From positions 1-64,000 of the IMG/VR virus record IMGVR_UViG_3300032216_000903: DNA of 64,000 bases; one strand, written 5' to 3'. Origin of the DNA: a virus (taxonomy: Duplodnaviria; Caudoviricetes). Every line of letters starts with the position of its first letter. Position 1 is the stretch's first letter. Position numbers and translations under genes: made by a program. The notes under the pieces are model-generated. The model worked only from the letters and a program-made list of their open reading frames with translations. It searched no databases and was not told the DNA's origin. Below, one piece after another: positions 28,529 to 37,476 of this stretch.

Positions 28529-29620
28529 ATGAGTGAAAATAACAGTTTGAAAAACAATATGAGTAATAATCAGCCAGTAGAAGGTCGTTCGTATACGAGT
28601 AATCACGTTAAACTGCTTAAGCACCTTGACAAGCTCGAATTGATTCAAGAAGGCCTAAGCGGCAGCGGAGTGCATCGAGTGCCCTCTCCCGTGATGTTTC
28701 ACATGTCTCCGTGTAATCCGTGCAATCTGACCTGCAGCTTCTGCTGCTTTGCTAATAGGGCGATGAAAGACATGTTGACTCTGGATCAGATGAAGAAAGC
28801 GATCGACTCGTTTGCCAAGTTGGGCGTGACTGGCATGGAATTGACTGGCGGCGGCGAACCCACCCTTCATCCTGACTTCGACGAAGTCATCAACTATGCG
28901 CACTCTAAAGGCTTCAAGATCGGCGTATGCACCAACGGTACTCGACTCAACAAGATCAAGTCTTGGAATAAGGTCACGTGGGTCAGGCTCGGCATGTATG
29001 GATTCACTGAAGGATACACCTATGACTTGAGCGTGTTTGAAGGCCTCGACATCAAGATCAGTGCGGCCTACGTGTGGGACGAACACGTCGAAACTTCTAC
29101 CAATCCAAACATCACCGGTCAGCACGTCGACAAGACGAACAGAAAGGTCACGACTAAGATTCAGAAGACTGAACACTTCAATCAGATGCTGGAATGGGTG
29201 GAGGCAAATAAGATCCCGACTCGTATCGCTTTTAATGCGATTAAGCCTACTTCTGAAGTGATGAAAGACATCGAAACTATCAGAGGGATCATCGCTGGTC
29301 GAGAATTGAAGTATGCTTTCCTGTCAGACTTCAACTATAAAGGAACTCGCAGGAATAACAACTGCTACATGCACATGGTCAAGCCCTGTGTGTTTACGGA
29401 CGGAAACGTATATGTCTGCCCCTCGGCCGAGCTGGCGCCGGAGATGAACTATCAAGTGAATTCCGAATTGAAAATCTGCGACATCGACGGCATCCTTGAC
29501 TTCTATGAAAAGGGTGGAGTAACCCGCCGACATCATGCGTGCTCATTCTGCAAATATGCAATTCAGAATGAACTGATCGACGACATCGTCAGACCGACTG
29601 AACACAATGAATTTGCTTAA
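28529..29620 (+). CDS. Radical SAM enzyme with C-terminal Cys-rich (SPASM/twitch-like) domain
   Basis: CNLTCSFC, TGGGEP, TNG, C...VYVC...CSFC. Confidence 0.9.
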   Translation: MSENNSLKNNMSNNQPVEGRSYTSNHVKLLKHLDKLELIQEGLSGSGVHRVPSPVMFHMSPCNPCNLTCSFCCFANRAMKDMLTLDQMKKAIDSFAKLGVTGMELTGGGEPTLHPDFDEVINYAHSKGFKIGVCTNGTRLNKIKSWNKVTWVRLGMYGFTEGYTYDLSVFEGLDIKISAAYVWDEHVETSTNPNITGQHVDKTNRKVTTKIQKTEHFNQMLEWVEANKIPTRIAFNAIKPTSEVMKDIETIRGIIAGRELKYAFLSDFNYKGTRRNNNCYMHMVKPCVFTDGNVYVCPSAELAPEMNYQVNSELKICDIDGILDFYEKGGVTRRHHACSFCKYAIQNELIDDIVRPTEHNEFA

Positions 29621-29622
29621 TA

Positions 29623-30246
29623 ATGAAAGTAAATTTTGATCAAGACTACTACGAGAACGGAGTGAAGAAGGGCATAAGCGGATACTCAAACTATTCGTGG
29701 ATGCCTACTCGAAGCATTCCAGAAGCGATATCGATCTGTGAAAACATCGAATTCGAATCTGCTCTAGACTTCGGCTGCGCCAAGGGATTTTTGGTTAATG
29801 CCCTTCACCTGATCAGCGGAAAGCCTATCGTCGGAGTAGACATAAGCGAATACGCCCTGAGCACGGCGCTCCCTCAGGTAAAAGATAAACTGTTTCTGTT
29901 GGATAGAGACCTCTCTCAGATGAACCTAAAAGCGGATCTATTGATAGCCAAAGACGTCTTGGAACACATTCCTGAATCAGAGATAGACAAGACCCTTGCT
30001 GAGTTCTATAAAGTATGCAATAAGGCATTGCTCGTGATACCCCTCGGAGACAACGACTCTTTTAGAATTCGTGAATACGAGATCGACAAGACTCACGTCA
30101 CCAAAAAAGATGAAGAGTGGTGGATCAATAAGATCAAAGACTCTGGATTCAAACTGAAGTACTTCAACTACGCCCTAGGCGACATCAAAGAAAAGTGGAC
30201 GGGTGTGTATAAGCACGGCAACGGATTCTTTATCATAGAGAAGTGA
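29623..30246 (+). CDS. Class I SAM-dependent methyltransferase
   Basis: LDFGCAKG, GVDIS, DVLEHI. Confidence 0.9.
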   Translation: MKVNFDQDYYENGVKKGISGYSNYSWMPTRSIPEAISICENIEFESALDFGCAKGFLVNALHLISGKPIVGVDISEYALSTALPQVKDKLFLLDRDLSQMNLKADLLIAKDVLEHIPESEIDKTLAEFYKVCNKALLVIPLGDNDSFRIREYEIDKTHVTKKDEEWWINKIKDSGFKLKYFNYALGDIKEKWTGVYKHGNGFFIIEK

Positions 30247-30317
30247 CTTCGTAATTCAGTTACACTTTGCCGTGTACATTCGATGAATACTTGGTATTCT
30301 TATATCAGAATGAATTT

Positions 30318-30396
30318 GGGCGATGTGGCGGAATGAAAAGACGCGGCTCTAAATAATGAGTCACATTGCAGGTTGAAATCCTGCCATCGCCCGCCA
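30318..30396 (+). tRNA. Atypical tRNA-like element, identity undetermined
   Basis: GGGCGATG/CATCGCCC acceptor stem, T-arm GCAGG-TTGAAAT-CCTGC, 3' GCCA; anticodon loop is 8 nt and non-canonical. Confidence 0.6.
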
Positions 30397-30399
30397 ATT

Positions 30400-30970
30400 T
30401 ATCCCGTTCCTTTGCCGGACGAGTCTCGAGAATATACTAGGCGATACGCCATGGAAAGCTCGAATGAAGTGCAAGTGGGCAAATACTGCTGGATTCCGGT
30501 GGACACTTGCAGCGGGATATTTAGAGTAGTAGCGCAACTGCGTAGCGGAAGCGAGTGAGTGGCCGAATGACTGATGATGCGGCCTTTCGGGTTTCGGAAC
30601 TGGCTATCATCCTACTGCTCTTTTAATTTTGTTGATGGCAGAGATGCCCAAACCTACGGTGAGCAACGTATATGCTCTCGGCCCCAAGGTTGGAACGTAT
30701 GGCCTAACGTTTATCAACACTCAATTAACCGTGTAGATTGCCACGGCCGATTCGTCGGGAAGAGCGTATCTATGGAAAGCATGTTGATCGAGCGTGCATA
30801 ACTCCAAAAGTAGAATCAATAAACCTCGATCATAATTTTGACAGGTACGCATGGATGGATAGGAATATATTAAATCCCCACCGGCTTGTCATACTGGATC
30901 GAGGGAAATGGGGCTTCATGCTCCGTCCCGTAAGATGACGTCCTCTCGACAAGGGCTTACCTCGATTCAG
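30400..30970 (+). ncRNA. Cluster of putative structured non-coding RNAs between two tRNA genes
   Basis: Several self-closing stems separated by T-rich spacers; no credible ORF. Confidence 0.5.
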
Positions 30971-30981
30971 CTTTTAATTTC

Positions 30982-31066
30982 GGTAGTATCGAATAGCGGC
31001 AATTTCGAAGCACTGTAAATGCTTTGCCTTACGGCTACACAGGTTCGAGTCCTGTTGCTACCACCA
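30982..31066 (+). tRNA. tRNA-Tyr(GTA)
   Basis: GGTAGTA/TGCTACC acceptor, AAGCA-CTGTAAA-TGCTT anticodon arm, long variable arm, TTCGAGT T-loop, encoded ACCA. Confidence 0.92.
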
Positions 31067-31070
31067 TTTT

Positions 31071-31895
31071 ATGATGAAAAGATACATGACGTTAGTCCTC
31101 ACCTGCATCACTCTTCTGATGCATGCCGGAATCCCTTCCTCGATCTCCAGTGCTTCTCTCTCCTTATCGATCTACGGCTCTGATGCATTCTACATGCTGA
31201 TTCCCGTAGGATCTGGCAAGTATACGATGATCGATGTAAAGCGAGGTTTTCAAAGTCTAGGCACTTACGACTATCATTACACTAGTCCTACGGCCTCTTT
31301 GCAAGTCACGGACGGCGGAAACGGCCCCCTCGACTTTCAGCTCAGATACGTTCAGGGAGACTCTGGCGCCTTTGATGTAACTAGCCCAGTCTTTCCTGGA
31401 AGCTCATCTGGTGAGTTCCTGGCGCTGCAGGGCAAGGCTCGAGGATCAATCAATGGATACACCCTACAGTTGACCGTGACGGAAGGCACGCGGCCCTTTG
31501 CGACCGGTCGTAATTCGGTCCTCATGTTCAACAGGAACGGCACATACACGGCCGTCGGCTACTTTGCGGGTGCCAACAGCATAGGGACTTACTACTATCG
31601 AAAGCTCAATTCCTCGACGGCCGTGCTGTATCTGACTGACTATGCGTATGGTCACAGCACGATCTACCTTCCATTCAAAGACAACGCCTCTGGGATCTAT
31701 GCGGCCGTTCAAGGATACGACGCGGCATACAACGGCTTCTATTATTATAAGAACAACAAATGGTATTCGAGCGTGAAGTACTTCTATTATGACATCTGGT
31801 ATGGAACTTACTATTACAACACTCGCGATCGGGAAGACTGGGAATGGCATCCGGGATATCAGATCGGTCACTTTGAATTCATTAAATATCAATAA
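31071..31895 (+). CDS. Exported beta-rich hypothetical protein with Tyr/Trp-rich C-terminus
   Basis: Signal-peptide-like MMKRYMTLVLTCITLLMHA. Confidence 0.65.
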   Translation: MMKRYMTLVLTCITLLMHAGIPSSISSASLSLSIYGSDAFYMLIPVGSGKYTMIDVKRGFQSLGTYDYHYTSPTASLQVTDGGNGPLDFQLRYVQGDSGAFDVTSPVFPGSSSGEFLALQGKARGSINGYTLQLTVTEGTRPFATGRNSVLMFNRNGTYTAVGYFAGANSIGTYYYRKLNSSTAVLYLTDYAYGHSTIYLPFKDNASGIYAAVQGYDAAYNGFYYYKNNKWYSSVKYFYYDIWYGTYYYNTRDREDWEWHPGYQIGHFEFIKYQ

Positions 31896-31897
31896 TC

Positions 31898-32155
31898 ATG
31901 AAAGAACAAACTATTCAACTCAAATGCGAGTGTACGGGTGAAGTGCTCGAGATCAGTTATGACATGGAAGAAAACGTCTATTACTTTTCCATCTGGACCC
32001 TCGGTACGAAGGGCGTGCAAGTAGGCTTACTCCATCGTTTGAAACACTGCTGGCACATTCTTCGCTATGGTCATCCGTACGGTGATCAGCTCGTCATCTC
32101 TCAGGTAAATCTAAATAAACTCATGCCGTTCATCAACGATCAATCATCTAAATAA
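31898..32155 (+). CDS. Hypothetical protein
   Basis: Intact, tightly packed ORF. Confidence 0.65.
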   Translation: MKEQTIQLKCECTGEVLEISYDMEENVYYFSIWTLGTKGVQVGLLHRLKHCWHILRYGHPYGDQLVISQVNLNKLMPFINDQSSK

Positions 32156-32159
32156 AACT

Positions 32160-32771
32160 ATGGGAATGTTCGACTACATTACGTGTGAAGCCAAGTTGCC
32201 TAAGATTCCAAATCCGATGGAACTCAAAGGATTTGACTTCAATAAACTTACCTTTCAAACCAAGGACATCTACAATGCGTTCGCGCAGTATCGAATCACG
32301 GCCGACAAGAAGCTGCAACTACGTGACGCGGTACTCGAGCATGTGCCCGGAAATCCAAAGAGCAAGTCCGTGTCGGGCCGCATGGGTCACATGAAGGAAG
32401 TGAGCTCGTCTTGGAAGGACCTTCACGACTTCACCGGCACGATCGACTTCTATGACTCGATTCGCTTTAATAAACATTCTCAATTGAAGAGCGACTACTG
32501 GGTCGAATACACGGCCAAGGTCGTCGCCGGCAAGGTGAAGTCCATTCGCTTGAAAGCCTTCACTCACGAGGACAATACGGAAGCTCGAGCTCAGAATGAA
32601 GCACTTGAAAAACGAATGGAGAATGAGCGTGTATTCTGGACGAAGTGGTACTCTCGATTCCTCATCAAGCCATACTACAATGTGGTGAGTGGAGTGTTTC
32701 GATACTGGCGTAAGCTGAGCGACAAGCTCCCTCGTTCGCATAGGGTCGAGAACTTTTTCAAGCCGTTTTGA
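32160..32771 (+). CDS. Hypothetical phage protein (MGMFDYI N-terminus)
   Basis: MGMFDYITC...FQTKD; intact ORF. Confidence 0.7.
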   Translation: MGMFDYITCEAKLPKIPNPMELKGFDFNKLTFQTKDIYNAFAQYRITADKKLQLRDAVLEHVPGNPKSKSVSGRMGHMKEVSSSWKDLHDFTGTIDFYDSIRFNKHSQLKSDYWVEYTAKVVAGKVKSIRLKAFTHEDNTEARAQNEALEKRMENERVFWTKWYSRFLIKPYYNVVSGVFRYWRKLSDKLPRSHRVENFFKPF

Positions 32772-32772
32772 T

Positions 32773-33237
32773 ATGAACTATACAACAAACAAAGAGAAGC
32801 TTGGTAAGCTGGGAGAAGAGCTCGTCGCTTCGATCCTTGGTGGCAGCCTATCGGAAAACAAGTACGACACGGTCAAAGACATGACGGCCCTCGGCAAGAA
32901 CATCGAGGTGAAGACGCAGAATCGCCATCCGAATGGATCATTCACGGTCAACGCGCAGCATCAGATCAATCTGAAGAAGTGCATGTCCGTCGATCGCCTG
33001 ATCTTCGTGGAATACGATGCCACGTCGGACATCAAGATCTACGAGTGTACGGATCGCGAGGGCTACAACATGGTCTCGACTCGTCCGACTCAATACGAAC
33101 CTCAAGGTCGAGTCATGGTGTGTTGGCCCATCTCCAAGATGACTCACCTGAGGACGGTAAATAACCCAGCGCTCGCTCAGCGAATGCGTGAACTCTCTGG
33201 ATCTAAACTCTATAATGCAAACTCAAAGTACATCTGA
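32773..33237 (+). CDS. Hypothetical protein, possible PD-(D/E)XK fold
   Basis: GEE...KD...IEVKT pattern. Confidence 0.55.
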   Translation: MNYTTNKEKLGKLGEELVASILGGSLSENKYDTVKDMTALGKNIEVKTQNRHPNGSFTVNAQHQINLKKCMSVDRLIFVEYDATSDIKIYECTDREGYNMVSTRPTQYEPQGRVMVCWPISKMTHLRTVNNPALAQRMRELSGSKLYNANSKYI

Positions 33238-33430
33238 TATCTTGAATAAGCTCGAATACTATCACGATACGCTTAAGCGCCTCGAAGAATACATCAAAGA
33301 AGGGGGCGACATGCCGGAGATCAAGTATTGGTCTGGAACAGAATGCTTCTCGGACTTCACTGGCCACTGTAAGGCCGACACGCTAGCTGGATCCATCGAC
33401 CTATACATCGACGGTCAGACGGCTTCGTAA
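33215..33430 (+). CDS. Hypothetical protein
   Basis: Short ORF filling the gap before the TGTAC promoter at 33439. Confidence 0.5.
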   Translation: MQTQSTSDILNKLEYYHDTLKRLEEYIKEGGDMPEIKYWSGTECFSDFTGHCKADTLAGSIDLYIDGQTAS

Positions 33431-33480
33431 TTTAGTACTGTACAAACCATCAATCGCAGACTATAATAATGCCTTAATCT

Positions 33481-33867
33481 ATGAATCAACAAACAGAACG
33501 TGAATCAGTAAGAGCCCTTCGCGAATGCATCGAGTTACAACTCAGCAAGTCGCGTGACTATCAGAATCCTAATTCTCGAATCAAGCAGGCAGAATACTAT
33601 CCGAATGGCATCATCACTCTCCTCGACATCATTCATGCCAAGAAGCTTCGCATGGATTCCGTAGTCGCGGCCATGCAGCATGATCCTGAGTATAAGCCTA
33701 ACTTCGAATCTCTTGAAGACTCGGCTAAGGACATGATTAACTACTGCTCATTCATCGTCTCTTACTGTCGTGGCAAGATGGAAGGTCAGAATTCAGATCG
33801 CGACTTTCTCAATCGTCGCATATCGAAACCATCCAACATCGTGCAGGAACTCTTAAACTTAAAATGA
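33481..33867 (+). CDS. Nucleotide-modification-associated (Nmad1-like) all-alpha protein
   Basis: KSRDYQ...K..R...ESLEDSAKDMINY; first gene of the modification operon. Confidence 0.7.
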   Translation: MNQQTERESVRALRECIELQLSKSRDYQNPNSRIKQAEYYPNGIITLLDIIHAKKLRMDSVVAAMQHDPEYKPNFESLEDSAKDMINYCSFIVSYCRGKMEGQNSDRDFLNRRISKPSNIVQELLNLK

Positions 33868-34556
33868 AAAACAAAAAAATGAATGTGATGGATCTTCAGT
33901 GGCACTTCTTCGAGTCTTTGATGGCCGAAGAATTCGTGACCGATAAGTCTGGCGTAAAGACGATCGAGCTGGTCGGTGCTTCGTTTATTGCCGATGAGCC
34001 TACGATCTTTGGCACGGTCAATGAAGACTACATCAATCGTGAACTCGAGTGGTATGAGTCTCAGTCTCTGAATGTGAATGATATTCCCGGCAAGGTTCCC
34101 GAGATCTGGAAGCAGGTCGCTGACAAGGACGGCTTCATCAACTCAAACTACGGATGGTGCATCTGGTCTCCAATGAACTTCGATCAGTACAAGAAGTGCC
34201 GAGCCGAGCTGATTGCAAACAAGGACACACGTAGAGCCATCATGATCTACACTCGTCCGACGATGCATGAAGATGCCTTTCATAGCGGCCGATCCGACTT
34301 CATGTGCACCAATACCGTGCAGTACCTGATTCGCGAAGGCAAGATGCACTGCGTCGTACAAATGCGCTCGAATGATGTGGTATTCGGATATCGCAACGAT
34401 CGCGCTTGGCAGAAGCACGTCCTCGATACCTTGGTCGCCGACTATAATCGCCTGACTGAATCTAAGATCGAAGCCGGTGACATTCACTGGAACGTCGGCA
34501 GCCTACACATCTACGAGAGGCACTTCAAACTGGTCGAGGACTGGTATAAGCCATGA
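33864..34556 (+). CDS. gp42: dCMP hydroxymethylase (T4 gp42-type, thymidylate synthase fold)
   Basis: INSNYGW, DFMCT catalytic Cys, MRSNDVVFGYRNDRAWQKHVL, WNVGSLHIY; Asp at the cytosine-specificity position (34398-34400). Confidence 0.9.
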   Translation: MKNKKMNVMDLQWHFFESLMAEEFVTDKSGVKTIELVGASFIADEPTIFGTVNEDYINRELEWYESQSLNVNDIPGKVPEIWKQVADKDGFINSNYGWCIWSPMNFDQYKKCRAELIANKDTRRAIMIYTRPTMHEDAFHSGRSDFMCTNTVQYLIREGKMHCVVQMRSNDVVFGYRNDRAWQKHVLDTLVADYNRLTESKIEAGDIHWNVGSLHIYERHFKLVEDWYKP

Positions 34557-34984
34557 GCGACTGGGATTCTAGATTCTTGAAGATGGCTACAGAGGTCGCC
34601 GCGTGGTCCAAAGATCCGTCTCGAAAGATTGGCTGCGTGATCGTCAGGCATCGTCGCATCTTGGCATCCGGCTATAACGGGTTTCCTCGTGGAATCAAGG
34701 ATACGCCCGAAAGGCTTAATACACGTGAACTCAAGTACAAATACGTGGTTCATGCGGAGATGAATGCGATCTACAATGCGATTCAACACGGAGTATCTTT
34801 AGACGGTGCTACGCTGTATGCCATCGGATTGCCCATCTGTTCCGAGTGTGCCAAGGGCATCATTCAGGTAGGCATCCATAGGGTCGTCATTCCTAAACAG
34901 GACATTCCAGAGCACTGGCGAGAATCTTGTGGATTCACGTACAACCTCTTCGACGAAGCTAGTATTCAATACGACATGGTATGA
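34553..34984 (+). CDS. cd: dCMP deaminase
   Basis: SKDPS, GYNGFPRG, HAEMNA, PICSEC. Confidence 0.93.
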   Translation: MSDWDSRFLKMATEVAAWSKDPSRKIGCVIVRHRRILASGYNGFPRGIKDTPERLNTRELKYKYVVHAEMNAIYNAIQHGVSLDGATLYAIGLPICSECAKGIIQVGIHRVVIPKQDIPEHWRESCGFTYNLFDEASIQYDMV

Positions 34985-35382
34985 CAAACGTAACTGACTT
35001 CATCGTCGATCATCGAGCTTCCGATCGAGTCCTTGTGCTGGGCATGTCTCCGGCCAAGAACAATCGGCCGTTCAAGAACTGCTCGCTCAATCGACTGAGT
35101 AAATGGATGAAGATCATAGGTCAAGGAGAGTGGTCGTTTCACAACGTCATTCCAGACGTGCATGGATCGGCCAACATATGCGACGTAGATCCACAGGCGC
35201 TTTACGACGCCGTGAACGGCAAGGAAAGGGTGATCGCGCTCGGCACGTTCGTCTCGAGCGTATGCTCTAAATACGGTATAGAACACCATCGCATCCATCA
35301 TCCGTCTCCGAGGAATAGGTCCCTCAATGATCCTGGAGTCGAGAGGAAGATGCTGAGCACACTGAAAGAATACTTAAAATGA
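34981..35382 (+). CDS. Uracil-DNA-glycosylase-superfamily small protein
   Basis: VLVLGMSP, FHNV, VIALG, HHPSPRN. Confidence 0.7.
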   Translation: MTNVTDFIVDHRASDRVLVLGMSPAKNNRPFKNCSLNRLSKWMKIIGQGEWSFHNVIPDVHGSANICDVDPQALYDAVNGKERVIALGTFVSSVCSKYGIEHHRIHHPSPRNRSLNDPGVERKMLSTLKEYLK

Positions 35383-36590
35383 TTGAACCAACACCATACT
35401 ATCAGGACTTCCTTCGCTACTTCAGGCTCGCCAAGGAACAGCAGGAGAAGTGCAACGTGTCGTTGAATCCTCCGTACGGAATGCTCACGCACGCAGAATC
35501 CAAAATGAACGACGGACTCCTCGAGAACGTGGAACTCTACGACGTCGTCGAGCGTAAGTACGCCGGATTCTCTCAGATCGTAAACGACTGCTTCTATGGA
35601 TGGACTGATAGACATCCGTACTGGAAGAAGATGGAGGCAGGTAAGATCACTCGTCAACGAGATCAGGTCGCCCATGATTGGACCGGTAAGCATGCACACT
35701 TTGGCCTGGCCGAATGGCTCTACATCTTCATTCTCCATCGAGTATGCGGTTCCGGCATCAACTACGCTCAGAAGCCTTCGGGCTATCATAACACTCTGCT
35801 TTTGAAGCTTCATCGAGCCAAGTCGATCGAGGACATGTGTGAGATGGTCAAGAACGAGCAGAACTCCTTCTACACTTCCGTAGGATATCAGTTCCCTGCG
35901 TTTCCTAAGCCTCCGGCTGGATATAAGCGCGGAGGCGACTACTACCTCTGTGAGTTCGCTCCTCGACTGGCTCGTGATCTGGCAGACTGGCTTCAAACAC
36001 CGGCATTTGGAAAGAAAACTCTACGCGGTATCGGCGAGTTCATGCTCGATTGGAATGTCGTAAACGGCCTTCGTCAGTATCACTTTCAATATGCGGCCAT
36101 CATAGCCGACATCGCAGACTGGTATCCTCAATACGTCGATCGCCAATCGATGTTCTTCTATGGATCGAACGCCGAGCAGTGCATCTCGTATCTGGCTCGT
36201 CCTCTCAAGAAGATGAAGACTCAGGCTTTCCTCGACGCCGTGATGGAGATGGCGTGTAAAGATACTAATGAAGTTCCCTACAACATAGAAGACGTCTGCT
36301 GTGACTATATTCGATACTGTACAAATTACGTACGCATGGGCGAGGCATATAATTCCCTCGATCGCGACAAGGTATTCAACTCTTCGAAGATCATTCATCC
36401 GTATGGTCGACAGAAGGCGATGCTCGACCTCGGACTCGTGAAGACGTTCAACGACCCTTCGCAGAACTTCTACTACGACGAGGTGATCAAGGCAAACAAC
36501 CTGACCGAGAGGGAATACATCAAGCTCGTTCAGGATCATCCGAACTACAAGGACTGGATCGGAGTACCAGAAAAATTCCCCACTAAATAA
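35379..36590 (+). CDS. Divergent 5-hmU-DNA-kinase / aGPT-Pplase1-like helical protein (paralogue A)
   Basis: Pattern resembles the family: DGLLENVELYDVVER, ILHRVCG, FQYAAIIAD, YGSNA, NIEDVCCDYIRY; next to gp42 and the PLP enzyme. Confidence 0.55.
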   Translation: MIEPTPYYQDFLRYFRLAKEQQEKCNVSLNPPYGMLTHAESKMNDGLLENVELYDVVERKYAGFSQIVNDCFYGWTDRHPYWKKMEAGKITRQRDQVAHDWTGKHAHFGLAEWLYIFILHRVCGSGINYAQKPSGYHNTLLLKLHRAKSIEDMCEMVKNEQNSFYTSVGYQFPAFPKPPAGYKRGGDYYLCEFAPRLARDLADWLQTPAFGKKTLRGIGEFMLDWNVVNGLRQYHFQYAAIIADIADWYPQYVDRQSMFFYGSNAEQCISYLARPLKKMKTQAFLDAVMEMACKDTNEVPYNIEDVCCDYIRYCTNYVRMGEAYNSLDRDKVFNSSKIIHPYGRQKAMLDLGLVKTFNDPSQNFYYDEVIKANNLTEREYIKLVQDHPNYKDWIGVPEKFPTK

Positions 36591-36594
36591 AATT

Positions 36595-37476
36595 ATGGCA
36601 CACGACGAACACGTAATCGATGGCAACAATAAAGACGTCCCGATGGGAATGTCTTACGAGGAGGCGAAGCAGTACTACCTGAGCCTATGCGAGGGCTGGA
36701 CTCCATACAACAGTTCTCCGATGGTGATCGAGCACGAGGGAGTGCAGGTGGTTCGAGATGACCTGACCGTGGGTACCAAGACTCGAGCCGGCGACCTCCT
36801 CTGCTCAAAGATTCTGAATAAGACCCTCGTGTATTGTCAGCCTCGAGTTGGACTGGCCGGAGTATCTCTATGCGATGTAGCCAAGCGTCACAACAAGGAC
36901 GTAGTCCTATTCATGCCGTCGTCGAAGGAGATCTCGCTCCATCAGGCTTGCTGCATCGAACGCGGAGCCACTCCGATCTTCGAACGCATCGCGGCTATGC
37001 CGAATCTTAACCTCTACGCCAAGAAGTGGGCTGACGAACACAATGCCTGTTTCATTCCTCTGGGTCTGAAGCACGAGCTAGCGACGGCGGCGATCGTGCA
37101 TGCCGCCTCAACGATCCCTGAGCCCGACGAAGTGTACGTGGCTATCTCTACCGGTGTCCTCTCTCGAGCCCTTCAGATCGCTTGGCCGAATGCCAAGTTT
37201 ACCTGCGTCGCCGTGGCTCGCAATCTACAGGCTGGTGAACTTGGTCGTGCTGAAGTCATCTCGGAACCTCTGGCATTTCCACAGTCTGAGAAGAAAGAAA
37301 ATCTACCACCGTTTCCGACCGTTGCCAGTTACGACGGAAAAATTTGGAAATATATTCCCAAGGATGGCAAGAAGCGCCGACTGATGTGGAATGTTGGCCG
37401 TGACCCCATTCTAAAAGACGCATCGATAATTGTAAAGACGGACTCTTATCGTAAATGGAAGAAGGACATGCAATGA
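36595..37476 (+). CDS. PLP-dependent enzyme, fold type II (TrpB/ACC-deaminase-like)
   Basis: VVRDDL..GTKTR (PLP lysine), FIPLGL, AISTGVL, YDGK. Confidence 0.85.
   Translation: MAHDEHVIDGNNKDVPMGMSYEEAKQYYLSLCEGWTPYNSSPMVIEHEGVQVVRDDLTVGTKTRAGDLLCSKILNKTLVYCQPRVGLAGVSLCDVAKRHNKDVVLFMPSSKEISLHQACCIERGATPIFERIAAMPNLNLYAKKWADEHNACFIPLGLKHELATAAIVHAASTIPEPDEVYVAISTGVLSRALQIAWPNAKFTCVAVARNLQAGELGRAEVISEPLAFPQSEKKENLPPFPTVASYDGKIWKYIPKDGKKRRLMWNVGRDPILKDASIIVKTDSYRKWKKDMQ

Noticed and set aside
30347-30353. Amber suppressor tRNA / stop-codon recoding
   Set aside because: CTCTAAA has no anticodon stem, and core genes are intact in the standard code, ending properly at TAG, TGA and TAA
30571-30600. 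CTGATGA hammerhead-like core
   Set aside because: No GAAA after a stem II and no consistent stems I and III
30373-30938. Three short ORFs in the tRNA region
   Set aside because: They overlap the tRNA-like gene and the stem-rich units, with weak starts and atypical codon use
33864-34556. Ordinary thymidylate synthase thyA
   Set aside because: Has the gp42-type Asp and flanking motifs; thyX is present separately
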